A stretch of DNA of 53,431 nucleotides, taken from the NCBI GenBank assembly GCA_045612885.1, contig JAZKZZ010000009.1:1-53431 (forward strand). The letters are read 5' to 3'. How positions within the stretch are numbered: the stretch's first letter is position 1; each line of letters begins with the position of its first letter. Below are positions 1 to 10,126 of this stretch, one piece after another. Source of the stretch: Bacilli bacterium (GTDB lineage Bacteria; Bacillota_I; Bacilli_A; RFN20; DUOF01). The translations under genes were made by a program, and so were the position numbers. Under the pieces are notes generated by a model. That model saw nothing but the letters and a program-made list of their open reading frames with translations, had not been told where the DNA came from and searched no databases.

Positions 1-18
1 ATGGCTACGATCCGACTT
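1..18. other. Sequencing adapter remnant (MGI/BGISEQ)
   Basis: ATGGCTACGATCCGACTT is the reverse complement of AAGTCGGATCGTAGCCAT, the start of an MGI adapter. It sits at the contig edge, and the encoded MATIRL does not fit YabP. Confidence 0.9.
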
Positions 19-222
19 AAAAATATCCAGAGTTTTGATTCGAGCGAATTTCTAATTGAAACTATTATGGGATATATGTTAATTAAAGGTAGAGGATTGA
101 TGTTAGGGAAAATGGATAACGATAATGAGGAGTTGTCGATAAAAGGAGAGGTTTCTAGCATTGATTACATTAGTGCTAATAAAAACAAGGAAGCTGGGTT
201 CTTTAAAAAACTATTTAAATGA
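19..222 (+). CDS. yabP: Sporulation protein YabP, 5'-truncated
   Basis: SFDSSEFLIETIMGYMLIKGRGL resembles YabP (SFDxxEFLLET.MG.L.I.G..L). It lies immediately before yabQ-divIC. Confidence 0.85.
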   Translation, partial: KNIQSFDSSEFLIETIMGYMLIKGRGLMLGKMDNDNEELSIKGEVSSIDYISANKNKEAGFFKKLFK

Positions 223-611
223 TTGAATTAGAAGTACAATTCCAAATAGTTATCTCTAGTGTATTGTTTGGGATGATATTTACTAATTTGTATACGTTTA
301 TTGAGAGTATGTTTAGAAAGAGTAAAGTTTTTAGAGGTGTCTTAGAACTTTGCTTTTTTATTATCGCTAGTGTTTTGTATTATTTGTTAATATTTATATT
401 AAATAAAGGGATTTTAAATGTATATATGCCGTTTTCTTTGATATTGGGATATCTTATACACATGAAATTTTATGATAAACATTTTTCTTACCTATATGAT
501 TACTTATTTAATAAAATTTCTAGTATAATAAATAACAAGAAGAACAAGGTGGTGAGAGTATGGAAAGAGGTAATAGCCAAGAAAATCAAAAAGGGAAAGT
601 CAACCGAATAA
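219..611 (+). CDS. yabQ: Spore cortex biosynthesis protein YabQ
   Basis: Three hydrophobic segments, 4-bp overlap with yabP, conserved yabP-yabQ-divIC order. Confidence 0.8.
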   Translation: MIELEVQFQIVISSVLFGMIFTNLYTFIESMFRKSKVFRGVLELCFFIIASVLYYLLIFILNKGILNVYMPFSLILGYLIHMKFYDKHFSYLYDYLFNKISSIINNKKNKVVRVWKEVIAKKIKKGKSTE

Positions 612-859
612 TTTCCTATGCTCTTATTTTTGTTTCTACATTAGTTTTAATATTTTGTGTTTATGAAATAATTTCTTATATTAAACTTGTTAACGAGAAT
701 GCTACTTTAAGTAAGGATTTAGAAACACTTAAACAGGATAGTAATTATTTAAGAGAACATTTTAGTGTTTTAGGTAATGAAGATTATTATAGTGTATATA
801 TAGATAGTGATTATCAATATGTTGACAGTAAAAATGATTCAATCGAAGTTATAAGATAG
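560..859 (+). CDS. divIC: Septum formation initiator DivIC/FtsB-like
   Basis: One N-terminal TM helix followed by a coiled coil; position after yabQ. Confidence 0.65.
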   Translation: MERGNSQENQKGKVNRIISYALIFVSTLVLIFCVYEIISYIKLVNENATLSKDLETLKQDSNYLREHFSVLGNEDYYSVYIDSDYQYVDSKNDSIEVIR

Positions 860-880
860 AGGGTTTCTCTATCTTTTTTT
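853..880 (+). terminator. Intrinsic terminator
   Basis: AAGATAGAG-ggttt-CTCTATCTT followed by a T-tract. Confidence 0.8.
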
Positions 881-982
881 GTGTGAAAAAAGTGAAAAAT
901 AGTAGAGGTAATTTAATCAAAAAAAATGATATTATTTAGATGATATATGGTATAATTATATATGAATAAAGGAGTAGATAGT

Positions 983-1636
983 ATGGGTTATTTTATTACG
1001 CTTGAAGGTGGAGAAGGAAGTGGAAAAACTTCAGTTATTAATGAGGTTGTAAAATTATTAAATGAAGATGGATACACTAATATTGTTACCTCTAGAGAAC
1101 CAGGAGGAATTAAAATTGCTACAGACATTAGAGGTATATTATTAGATAAAGAGAACACCAGTATGGATCCAATAACTGAAACATTCTTATTTGCTGCTAG
1201 TAGAAGACAACATATAGTAGAAAAAATAAGACCTTCTTTAGATAATAATGCCATATTTATCTGTGACAGATTTATAGATTCTAGCTATGTTTATCAAGGT
1301 ATAGCAGGACGTGTTGGGTTAGATAGAGTAATTGAAATTAATAATTTAGCTATTGATGGGTGTGTCCCTGATCTTACTATTTTATTTGACTTAGATCCTC
1401 GTGTTGGATTAGATAGAATTAATAAAAACGATAATAGAGAAGTTAATAGATTAGATTTAGCTAGCTTAGAATATCATGATAAAGTAAGATCTGGCTATAA
1501 TAAAGTTGCTAGTATGTTTAAGGATAGAATAGTTGTTATAGATGCTAGTAAATCATTTGGAGAAGTTGTAAATAATGTATATAATTTAATCAAAGGAAAA
1601 TTAGAGGAAGCTAAGTATGAGAGAGTATCTAAGTAA
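983..1636 (+). CDS. tmk: Thymidylate kinase
   Basis: FITLEGGEGSGKT P-loop, REPGG, DRFIDSSYVYQG. Start moved to ATG 983 behind RBS AAAGGAG. Confidence 0.95.
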   Translation: MGYFITLEGGEGSGKTSVINEVVKLLNEDGYTNIVTSREPGGIKIATDIRGILLDKENTSMDPITETFLFAASRRQHIVEKIRPSLDNNAIFICDRFIDSSYVYQGIAGRVGLDRVIEINNLAIDGCVPDLTILFDLDPRVGLDRINKNDNREVNRLDLASLEYHDKVRSGYNKVASMFKDRIVVIDASKSFGEVVNNVYNLIKGKLEEAKYERVSK

Positions 1637-2576
1637 GTATCAAAGTGTATTATATAAAACATTATTAAATTCTAAAAAAAGAAATAAATTTCCTCAAGCG
1701 TTGTTATTAAATAGTAGTAAGGATGTACCTATTTTAGAAATAGCTAAGTATATTGCAAGTTGGATTGTTAGTAGTGAACAAGAACCTAGTGAAGATGATT
1801 TATATTGTTTAAAAATTAAAAATGGTACATATGCTGATTTAATTGTTATAAATGGTAAAGATCAAACAATAAAAAAAGGTGAAATAGAAAAAATGCAAGA
1901 GAGATTTTCTCTTTCTTCGATTGAAGATAATGCTAAAAAAATATATATTATTCATCTTGTTGAACATGCTACTAATGAGGCTGTAAACTCATTACTTAAA
2001 TTTTTAGAAGAACCAAATGAGGATATTTATGCGATTATCACAACTGAAAATATCAATGGTGTTTTACCTACGATTGTTTCTAGATGTTTAAATTTAAGAC
2101 TTACTAGAGCTAGTAAACAAGAATTAGTTGTAGAGGCGATAAAAAAAGAGATATCTTTAGAGGATGCTCTTGTTTTAGCTTCATTTAATGGGAGTTTAAA
2201 TTTAATTGAAGATTGTTATAATAATACTAAATATATTACCTTAAAGGATCTTGTTATAGAGATGTTTAATGAATATATTGAAGATAATAATATTCTTTAT
2301 TTTGCGCAAGTGGAAATATCTGAATATATTTCTAATAAGAATAATTTTAGATTATTTTTGGATATTTTAGAGGTGTTTTTATTAGATGTTATTAATTATA
2401 ATCAAGAAAATATTAGTTTTGTTGAACATAAAGAGTTATTAAAATCTGTTCATGGTAAGATGAAGAATATTGAACTTAGAATAGAGAAATTGTTATCTTA
2501 TAAAAGTGCTATAGATTTAAATGCAAATTTAAAATTATTATTAGATAGTTTAATTATTAATTTGAAGGAGGAATAG
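1617..2576 (+). CDS. holB: DNA polymerase III delta-prime subunit
   Basis: ANSLLKFLEEP-type motif (AVNSLLKFLEEP) and LPTIVSRC; tmk-holB-yaaT synteny. Confidence 0.9.
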   Translation: MREYLSKYQSVLYKTLLNSKKRNKFPQALLLNSSKDVPILEIAKYIASWIVSSEQEPSEDDLYCLKIKNGTYADLIVINGKDQTIKKGEIEKMQERFSLSSIEDNAKKIYIIHLVEHATNEAVNSLLKFLEEPNEDIYAIITTENINGVLPTIVSRCLNLRLTRASKQELVVEAIKKEISLEDALVLASFNGSLNLIEDCYNNTKYITLKDLVIEMFNEYIEDNNILYFAQVEISEYISNKNNFRLFLDILEVFLLDVINYNQENISFVEHKELLKSVHGKMKNIELRIEKLLSYKSAIDLNANLKLLLDSLIINLKEE

Positions 2577-2578
2577 TA

Positions 2579-3394
2579 ATGACAAATGAAGGGTTTTATT
2601 TAGAGGTTGAAGTTGAGTCTAGTAAAGATAGAGGTTTTTATTATTGCTCTTTTAATGATGTTAAAAAGGGTAGTTATGTCGTTGTAGAAACTGCTTTTGG
2701 AGAAGAAGTAGGTATTGTTACTAGAAATCCTAAAAAAGAGAGTGAAGCAGAAAGTGCATCCTTTAAACAAATTATTAGAGTTGCCAGTGAGGAAGATGTA
2801 AAAAAACATTTATCTAACAAAGAGGATGCCATGGACGCTAGTAAGGTGTTTAATTCATGTGTGGAAAATTTGAATTTAAATATGAAATTAGTAGTAGCGG
2901 TATATACTTTAGATAGGAGTAAAGTGTTGTTTACTTATGTTAGTGAAGAACGAGTAGACTTTAGAGAATTATTAAAAGAGTTATCTAATATTCTTAAGTG
3001 TAGAATAGAACTTAAGCAAATAGGACCTAGAGATAGAAGTAAAATAGTGGGTGGAATTGGTATATGTGGATTGCCTCTTTGTTGTAAGAGTTTTCTTAAT
3101 GAGTTTGAGGGTATAAGTATTAATATGGCTAAGAATCAATTTTTAGCGCTTAATATTCAAAAATTATCAGGGCAATGTAATAAACTTTTATGTTGTTTAA
3201 AGTATGAGGATGAAGAATATAGCGAACTTAGAAAAGATGCACCTAGATATGGATTTAAATTTAAATCTGAGGGTATTGATTATAAGATAACAGGTGTTAA
3301 TCTATTAGCTAAAACTGTTAAAATAGAAAGTTTAGATAAAGAAATTATTAAGGTTATAACTTTTGATGAAGTAAATGAGATGATGAAAAAATGA
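2579..3394 (+). CDS. yaaT: PSP1-domain protein YaaT/RicT
   Basis: RVDFRELLKEL, GGIGICGLPLCC, SINMAKNQ, SGQCNKLLCCLKYE. Confidence 0.95.
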   Translation: MTNEGFYLEVEVESSKDRGFYYCSFNDVKKGSYVVVETAFGEEVGIVTRNPKKESEAESASFKQIIRVASEEDVKKHLSNKEDAMDASKVFNSCVENLNLNMKLVVAVYTLDRSKVLFTYVSEERVDFRELLKELSNILKCRIELKQIGPRDRSKIVGGIGICGLPLCCKSFLNEFEGISINMAKNQFLALNIQKLSGQCNKLLCCLKYEDEEYSELRKDAPRYGFKFKSEGIDYKITGVNLLAKTVKIESLDKEIIKVITFDEVNEMMKK

Positions 3395-4233
3395 GACAAC
3401 AAACATTTGTAAATGGTAAGCCTACCTTATATCTTGTAGCTACTCCGATTGGAAACATGAGCGAGTTTACTCCTAGAGCGATTGAAATATTAAAAAATGC
3501 GGCTATTATAGGATGTGAAGATACTAGAACTAGTAAAGTTTTATTGGATCATTTTGATATCAAAACGCCATTAGCAAGTTATCATAAATTCAATGAAAAA
3601 GAAGTTTGCCAAAAATTTATTGACATTTTAAAAGAGGGAAAAGACGTGGCTTTGATTAGTGATGCTGGATATCCACTTGTTAGTGATCCTGGCAGTGTGT
3701 TGGTAGATGTAGCAATCAAAAATGAATTTAATGTTACCACGATTTCTGGATCATGTGCTTTTTTGCATGCTTTAGTGGCGTCTGGTTTTTCTTTAGATAG
3801 ATTTACTTTTATAGGGTTTTTAGATAGCAAAAGTAGCGCAAGAAAAAAAGAGTTAGAGGCTATAAAAAACAACAAAGAAACTCTAATTTTTTATGAATCT
3901 CCGCATAGAATAGGAGAAACTCTAATAGATATGTTGCAGGTATTTAAAGATAGAAGAGTTGTTTTGGCCAGGGAATTAACCAAAAAATTTGAGGAATTTA
4001 TAAGAGGGACGATTAGTGAAGTGTTAAGTGATTTAACAAACATTAAAGGCGAAATAGTATTAATTGTTGAAGGGAATACCAAAGAAGATAAAGAAATTAG
4101 TGAAGAAGACTTGTTAGAAGAAATTGTAACTATGAAAAAAAATGGAATTTCTAATAAGGAAATAGTTGCTATTATTTGTGACAAATATTCATTAAAAAAG
4201 AATTTTGTTTATGATTTGGTTTGTAAAGGATAG
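3391..4233 (+). CDS. rsmI: 16S rRNA C1402 2'-O-methyltransferase
   Basis: LYLVATPIGN, CEDTR, SDAGYPLVSDPG, YESPHR, RELTKKFEE. Confidence 0.95.
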   Translation: MRQQTFVNGKPTLYLVATPIGNMSEFTPRAIEILKNAAIIGCEDTRTSKVLLDHFDIKTPLASYHKFNEKEVCQKFIDILKEGKDVALISDAGYPLVSDPGSVLVDVAIKNEFNVTTISGSCAFLHALVASGFSLDRFTFIGFLDSKSSARKKELEAIKNNKETLIFYESPHRIGETLIDMLQVFKDRRVVLARELTKKFEEFIRGTISEVLSDLTNIKGEIVLIVEGNTKEDKEISEEDLLEEIVTMKKNGISNKEIVAIICDKYSLKKNFVYDLVCKG

Positions 4234-4293
4234 ATACCAAAATAAAAAAATGTTTATTTCTATAATAGTTGATGTTATAATTTAATTGTTGGG

Positions 4294-5409
4294 GTGATGA
4301 TAATGAGAGAGTGTAAGTCTGTAGGACCTAATTTAAAAACATATTTTTATTATATTAATGAGGCTGCTACTAAACCTGATGTAAAAGGAGTAATAGTACT
4401 TGCTCATGGTATGGAGGGTACTGGTGCGGTATATGACGAATTAGGAGAATATTTAGATTCAAAAGGGTATGCACTATATGCACTTGATGAAGTGGGCTAT
4501 GGAAAAACAGGAAAAGTAGGAAAATATTATTATAAAAACTGGAAAAAGAAAATGTTTCATTTTGCTTCTTATACAGTTCATTCTATGGCTGTACTAGCAA
4601 AGGGCAGGCATCCAAATGCTCCTGTATATCTTGTGGGAAATGATTTTGGTGCGATGTTATCGTTATATTTGATTAGAGAATTCCCAGATGTTGTGGATAA
4701 AGTTGTAACAATAGGATGGGGTATGCCTAGACTTCAAGATTTAGGATTCTTAACTACTGCATTTATAAGAAAAATATTTTTCTTTGATAGTTCATTCTCT
4801 AAGGTTGGGCATTTTGGGAAAAATAAAAGTTTAGCATTAAGATTTGAAAGAGGTAGTAAGTACTCATGGCTAACTAGCGATAAGGAACAATTAAATAAAT
4901 TATTAGAGGCAGGATATTTAGATACTCCAGGAACAGTTGGACACTATTTCTATTATTATCTAAATAAAATAAGAGTACCATTATTTATGAGAAGAAAGAA
5001 AACAGATAGAAGTACACCTTTATTGTTCGTTTCTGGTAATAAGGATTTATTAACAATCAGAGGTTTAAAAACAAAAGAGTTAGCTTTATTTTATAAAAGT
5101 AAAAAATTCACTGATGTTAATTCAATGATTTTAGAAGGAAGACACGAATTATTATTTGAAGCAAATAGATTTGAAAATGTGGATGCTATATTAGAGTGGT
5201 TAGAAAAGGGTGAAGTTACAACACCTGTTGCTACAATAGATGAGACAAATGATGTTGAAATTGTAGGGGAAGAAAGAATTGTGTATTCTGATTTTGTGGA
5301 AAACACAGAGGCAAAAAAAGAAGATGAAATAGAAATTGTGGAAAATATTGATCTTTTGCAAGAAGCAGATGATGACCTATTAATAAACACAAATAAGGGC
5401 GATGAATAA
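4294..5409 (+). CDS. Alpha/beta hydrolase (monoglyceride lipase/lysophospholipase-like fold) with atypical nucleophile and acidic tail
   Basis: VIVLAHGM, ALDEVGYG, elbow GNDFG, SGNKD, GRHELLFE. Confidence 0.75.
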   Translation: MMIMRECKSVGPNLKTYFYYINEAATKPDVKGVIVLAHGMEGTGAVYDELGEYLDSKGYALYALDEVGYGKTGKVGKYYYKNWKKKMFHFASYTVHSMAVLAKGRHPNAPVYLVGNDFGAMLSLYLIREFPDVVDKVVTIGWGMPRLQDLGFLTTAFIRKIFFFDSSFSKVGHFGKNKSLALRFERGSKYSWLTSDKEQLNKLLEAGYLDTPGTVGHYFYYYLNKIRVPLFMRRKKTDRSTPLLFVSGNKDLLTIRGLKTKELALFYKSKKFTDVNSMILEGRHELLFEANRFENVDAILEWLEKGEVTTPVATIDETNDVEIVGEERIVYSDFVENTEAKKEDEIEIVENIDLLQEADDDLLINTNKGDE

Positions 5410-5420
5410 TCGCCTTTTTT
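5395..5420 (+). terminator. Intrinsic terminator
   Basis: AAGGGCGAT-gaata-ATCGCCTTT followed by a T-tract. Confidence 0.75.
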
Positions 5421-5487
5421 ATTTGGTAAAGAGTTTAAATTAAATAATCTTCACATCAAATCACATGAAATGAATATTTTTTATAAA

Positions 5488-5503
5488 TGTTTCACATGAA
5501 ACA
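5488..5503. promoter_or_regulatory. parS: parS centromere site
   Basis: TGTTTCACATGAAACA, one mismatch from TGTTTCACGTGAAACA, upstream of the mnmG-rsmG-soj-spo0J operon. Confidence 0.85.
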
Positions 5504-5514
5504 GTCTCACTTTG

Positions 5515-5544
5515 TTGACATCCTCTTTTAGAGGAGGTTATAAT
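5515..5544 (+). promoter_or_regulatory. SigA promoter of mnmG operon
   Basis: TTGACA (5515-5520), 18 bp, TATAAT (5539-5544). Confidence 0.75.
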
Positions 5545-5569
5545 TTAACTGTAAAGTGAGGCGAAAATA

Positions 5570-7429
5570 ATGTATGATGTGATAGTAGTAGGAGGTGGAC
5601 ATGCTGGTGTTGAAGCTTGTTTAGCAAGCGCAAGAACAGGCATGAAGACTCTTTTAATTACTTTGAATAAAAATAATGTAGCCTCTATGCCATGTAATCC
5701 TTCGATCGGAGGGCCTGCTAAAGGAGTTATAGTGAGGGAAATCGATGCGCTTGGTGGAGAAATGGCTATTAATACTGATAAAACATATTTACAAATGAAG
5801 ATGCTTAACACTGCTAAAGGACCTGGTGTTAGATGTCTTAGAGCACAAAGTGATAAACTAGCGTATAAAAGAAATATGTTATCCACATTAATCAAACAAG
5901 AAAATTTAGATATTAAGGAAGGTACAGTTACAGAATTATTGTGTAAAGATAACAACTGTTATGGTGTGGTTGTGGATAACTTTGAAAAGATAGAATCTAA
6001 GTGTGTAATACTTACTACAGGAACATATTTAGAAGCTAGAATTTTAAGGGGACACAACTATAAAGTAGAAGGTCCTGATGGAGAAAAGGCGGCGCATGGT
6101 TTATCGAAAAATCTGGAGAATTTAGGTATAAAAATCCAAAGATTGAAGACTGGGACACCTCCAAGAATTTATGAAAATAGTGTGGATTTTTCCAAGATGG
6201 ATATTCAACCAGGAACGCCTGGAAAACTTGCTTTTTCTTACACTACAAAGGAATTTGTGGATATTGAAAATCAACATTTATGTTATTTAATTCACACTAC
6301 AGACAAGACGAAAAAGATTATTGAGGAAAACTTAGAAAAGTCTGCAATGTATGGTGGAGTAGTAGAGGGAATTGGGCCTAGATATTGTCCATCAATTGAG
6401 GATAAAGTTGTTAAGTTTGCAGATAAGGAAAGACATCAGTTATTTGTAGAACCTGAATCTGTAGAATTAGATACGGTATATTTGCAAGGGTTTTCCACAT
6501 CTATGCCCGAGGATGTTCAATTAGAAATGATTCATTCTTTACCTGGGTTTGAAAATGCAAAAGTTAAAATTTTTGCTTATGCTATAGAATACGATGCAAT
6601 TGATCCATTAACAATGTGGCCATCACTAGAAAATAAAGTTATCCACAATTTGTATACGGCTGGTCAAATAAATGGAACTAGTGGATATGAAGAAGCGGCA
6701 GGGCAAGGTTTAATAGCTGGGATAAACGCTTCTTTAAAAATCCGAGGAAAAGAGCCACTAATTTTAAAACGTGATGAATCCTATATAGGTGTTATGATAG
6801 ATGATTTAGTCACAAAGGGAACTAAAGAGCCATATCGAATGTTAACATCTCGTGCTGAGTATCGATTAATATTAAGACATGACAATGCAGATTTAAGATT
6901 GTGTGAATATGGTTATAAAGTTGGGTTACTAAGTGAAGAAAGATATAAATTATTTAAAGAAAAAGTTTTATTGATAGATGAATTAAAAGAAAAACTTAAG
7001 GAATACAAATTTAAAAAGAATAGTGATTTCTGTTCATGGTTAAAAAATGAAAAGAATGAAAGTATAGAAAACAGTTTATCTTACTATGAATTGTTAAAGA
7101 GACCTAATATTACATATAAGGATATACAAAGATTTAGCGATAAATTGGATTATCCTGATGATGTTCTAGAGGAAATAGAAATTCAAATAAAGTTTAATGG
7201 CTATATTCTTAAAGCAGAAAAAGAGGCTGAACATAGTAAGAAATTAGAAAATGTGATTTTAGACAAAGATATAGATTATAACTTGATTGATAATTTGGCT
7301 TTAGAGGCTAGGCAGAAGTTAAATAAAATAAAGCCATTAAATATTGGTCAAGCATCAAGAATATCAGGTGTTAATCCTAGTGATATATCAATTCTTTTAA
7401 TGTATTTAAAGATGAAAGGGGTAAAGTAA
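5570..7429 (+). CDS. mnmG: tRNA uridine 5-carboxymethylaminomethyl modification enzyme
   Basis: GGGHAGVEA, MPCNPSIGGPAKG, GPRYCPSIEDK, AGQINGTSGYEEAAGQG. Confidence 0.98.
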   Translation: MYDVIVVGGGHAGVEACLASARTGMKTLLITLNKNNVASMPCNPSIGGPAKGVIVREIDALGGEMAINTDKTYLQMKMLNTAKGPGVRCLRAQSDKLAYKRNMLSTLIKQENLDIKEGTVTELLCKDNNCYGVVVDNFEKIESKCVILTTGTYLEARILRGHNYKVEGPDGEKAAHGLSKNLENLGIKIQRLKTGTPPRIYENSVDFSKMDIQPGTPGKLAFSYTTKEFVDIENQHLCYLIHTTDKTKKIIEENLEKSAMYGGVVEGIGPRYCPSIEDKVVKFADKERHQLFVEPESVELDTVYLQGFSTSMPEDVQLEMIHSLPGFENAKVKIFAYAIEYDAIDPLTMWPSLENKVIHNLYTAGQINGTSGYEEAAGQGLIAGINASLKIRGKEPLILKRDESYIGVMIDDLVTKGTKEPYRMLTSRAEYRLILRHDNADLRLCEYGYKVGLLSEERYKLFKEKVLLIDELKEKLKEYKFKKNSDFCSWLKNEKNESIENSLSYYELLKRPNITYKDIQRFSDKLDYPDDVLEEIEIQIKFNGYILKAEKEAEHSKKLENVILDKDIDYNLIDNLALEARQKLNKIKPLNIGQASRISGVNPSDISILLMYLKMKGVK

Positions 7430-7430
7430 T

Positions 7431-8135
7431 ATGAATGAAGAATTATTTAAGAAACTATTAGAAGAGCACGACATTTTGTTAACAGAAAAACAAGAAAAAC
7501 AATTTAGAAGATATTTTGAATTATTACAAATTTGGAACGAAAGATTAAATTTGACTACAATCATCCAAAAAGAGGATGTGTATGAAAAACATTTTTATGA
7601 TTGTTTAACATTATCTTTTGTAAATGATTTAAAAGGTAAAACATTATGTGATGTTGGAACAGGAGCAGGGTTCCCTTCAATTCCATTAAAGATAGCTTTC
7701 CCTGATTTACATGTTGTTGCATTAGATTCAATGAATAAGAGAATGGATTTCGTTAAATTAGTTATTAATGAATTAGGTCTTGAAGGAATTGATGTAGTGG
7801 TTGCAAGAGCAGAAGAATATGGAAGAGATCATAGAGAAGAATTCGATTATGTTACAGCTAGAGCAGTTTCTAGATTAAATGTATTAATGGAATTATCTTC
7901 ACCAATGGTTAAGGTTGGTGGAAAATTCATCGCTTTAAAAGGACCGCTTGCTAAAGAAGAAGCTAGCGAATGTGATGGCGCTTGTAAAGAATTAAAATTA
8001 GATTTAACAGAAAAACAAAAGATTATTTTACCTAAGAGTTTTGGTAAGAGATATAACTTAATTTATACAAAGTTAGATTATACTCCAACTAAGTATCCTC
8101 GTGACTATAATAAGATGAAAAAAAGACCATTATAA
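7431..8135 (+). CDS. rsmG: 16S rRNA G527 methyltransferase
   Basis: [27 protein letters not shown]. Confidence 0.95.
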   Translation: MNEELFKKLLEEHDILLTEKQEKQFRRYFELLQIWNERLNLTTIIQKEDVYEKHFYDCLTLSFVNDLKGKTLCDVGTGAGFPSIPLKIAFPDLHVVALDSMNKRMDFVKLVINELGLEGIDVVVARAEEYGRDHREEFDYVTARAVSRLNVLMELSSPMVKVGGKFIALKGPLAKEEASECDGACKELKLDLTEKQKIILPKSFGKRYNLIYTKLDYTPTKYPRDYNKMKKRPL

Positions 8136-8146
8136 GGGAGGAAAAA

Positions 8147-8923
8147 GTGATGACAGAAGTAGTTGCAATTGTTAATCAAAAGGGTGGTGTAGGTAAGACC
8201 ACTACTGCTATTAATTTAGCAGCAACATTAGCGTATTTAGGAAAAAAAGTATTACTTATGGATGCAGATCCTCAAGGCAATGCTACGATAGGGTTAGGTA
8301 TAGATAGATATAATGTTGAGCACAGTTTATATGAAGCCCTTATTGGGAAAGATGATTTAGTAGGTACTATGAGAGAAACGGGGGTTAGAAATTTGCATTT
8401 TGTTCCTTCGTCTCCGTTACTTGTTGGTGCTGATGTAGAAATAGCTACATTATATGGAAAAAATCGTTTTTCAAGAATGAAAGAAGTTTTAAAAAACGTT
8501 AAGAAAAAATATGATTATGTAATCATAGATTGTCCTCCAGGAATTGGATTAAATGTTAATATTCTTAATGCTAGTGATAATGTTATTATTCCTTCCTTAT
8601 GTGAATATTTCTCTAAGCAAAGTTTACTTGAAGCTTATGCTTCAGTAAGAAGAATTAAAAACTCATTTAATAAGAATTTAACAGTTAGTGGAATAGTATT
8701 AAATGAGTATGATTCTAAATATAAAATCAATATAGAAATAGAAAAAGAGATTAGAGAAATGTTTGCAAATAGTAGAGTTTATTCTACTACAATTCCTAGA
8801 AGTAATAAGATAATTGAATCACAAAAAGAAGGAAAAACAATCGTTGAATATGCTCCAAAATCACAAGTTTGTGAAGCGTATATAAATTTAGCTAGAGAGG
8901 TGGTAAATAATGGCAAATTATAA
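8147..8923 (+). CDS. soj: ParA/Soj ATPase
   Basis: [10 protein letters not shown] deviant Walker [16 protein letters not shown]. Confidence 0.92.
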   Translation: MMTEVVAIVNQKGGVGKTTTAINLAATLAYLGKKVLLMDADPQGNATIGLGIDRYNVEHSLYEALIGKDDLVGTMRETGVRNLHFVPSSPLLVGADVEIATLYGKNRFSRMKEVLKNVKKKYDYVIIDCPPGIGLNVNILNASDNVIIPSLCEYFSKQSLLEAYASVRRIKNSFNKNLTVSGIVLNEYDSKYKINIEIEKEIREMFANSRVYSTTIPRSNKIIESQKEGKTIVEYAPKSQVCEAYINLAREVVNNGKL

Positions 8924-9764
8924 TAAGATCAATGTATTTGAAATTGGAGAAGAATTAAAAGAAGTAGAAAAATTAAGAGAGTATGCTGCTAATGAAAGCA
9001 GGCAAGAAGTATATGTTAGATATATAGATACTAACCCATATCAACCTAGAAAGATATTTGATGAAGTTAAATTACAAGAACTTGCTGCATCTATTAAAAC
9101 GTATGGAGTTATTTCGCCTATTTTACTTAGAAAGATGCCTAATGGTAGATATCAAATTTTAGCAGGTGAAAGAAGATTTAGAGCTAGTAAGATTGCTGGA
9201 TTAGATAAAGTTCCTGCAATTGTAGCAGAATTTACTGATAAACAAATGATGGAATTATCTATCATCGAAAACATTCAAAGAGAAGAATTAAATGTCATTG
9301 AAGAAGCAAAAGCATATGAAAATTTATGTAATAATTTAGGATTTACTCATGAACAAATTGGGCAAAGAGTAGGAAAATCTAGGTCATATATTGCTAATAT
9401 CATGAGACTATTGAACTTACCTAAAGTTATTCAAGATTATGTAATTAATGGAGTATTAACTATGGGACAAGTTAAGCCACTTATTAATCTAAGTGAAACT
9501 GATGCTATAAAGATTGCAAATGATGCAATTGAATTGGGGTATACATCCAGACAAATTGAATCTTTATCTAACCTAGCTCATGGAAGACAACTAAATAAAA
9601 ATAAGAGTAAGACTAAAGAATTTAATCCTTACTACGAGTACGTTACTAATTCATTACATAAGAGACTTAAAACGAAGGTTAAAATTAAAGATGATGAATT
9701 AAGAATATCATTCAAGAGCGAAGAAGATTTAAAGAAGATAATGGAGTCTTTAACTAATGCCTAA
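8910..9764 (+). CDS. spo0J: ParB/Spo0J partition protein
   Basis: [21 protein letters not shown], and [17 protein letters not shown] (ParB-type rather than Noc-type). Confidence 0.92.
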   Translation: MANYNKINVFEIGEELKEVEKLREYAANESRQEVYVRYIDTNPYQPRKIFDEVKLQELAASIKTYGVISPILLRKMPNGRYQILAGERRFRASKIAGLDKVPAIVAEFTDKQMMELSIIENIQREELNVIEEAKAYENLCNNLGFTHEQIGQRVGKSRSYIANIMRLLNLPKVIQDYVINGVLTMGQVKPLINLSETDAIKIANDAIELGYTSRQIESLSNLAHGRQLNKNKSKTKEFNPYYEYVTNSLHKRLKTKVKIKDDELRISFKSEEDLKKIMESLTNA

Positions 9765-10047
9765 TTTACATGTTTATGAAAATGGAGAAGAAATAGAATT
9801 TAAGATAGATTATCAAACTGAGCAAGTTAAATTTATTAATGGAACTGTAAATAATAAGACTAGTATGTATCTTAGAGAGTTTGCTATTACAGTATTAGGA
9901 ATAGAACCCGATACTAAAGAGTTTGTAGCAGCATTCATCGGAAAAGAAATTGTGGAGTCTTATAATAAAAAATATAAATATTATATTATTAAACAGGTTA
10001 AGTCTAAGAAAAATATTTTCGAAGGAACTATAAAGAAAATTGGATAA
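9757..10047 (+). CDS. Hypothetical protein translationally coupled to parB
   Basis: 96-aa ORF overlapping the parB stop and followed by a terminator. Confidence 0.65.
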   Translation: MPNLHVYENGEEIEFKIDYQTEQVKFINGTVNNKTSMYLREFAITVLGIEPDTKEFVAAFIGKEIVESYNKKYKYYIIKQVKSKKNIFEGTIKKIG

Positions 10048-10066
10048 GCAATGCTTATCTTTTTTT
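10042..10066 (+). terminator. Intrinsic terminator
   Basis: GGATAAGCA-a-TGCTTATCT followed by a T-tract. Confidence 0.7.
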
Positions 10067-10126
10067 GTGTTTGATAGAGATTTATAACAAAAAGGCCCTA
10101 AGTTTTTATAAACTCAGGACCTTTTT

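Noticed and set aside
8910-9764. noc
   Set aside because: The HTH region (KSRSYIAN...MG) is ParB-type rather than Noc-type (QSTIANK), and the gene follows soj.
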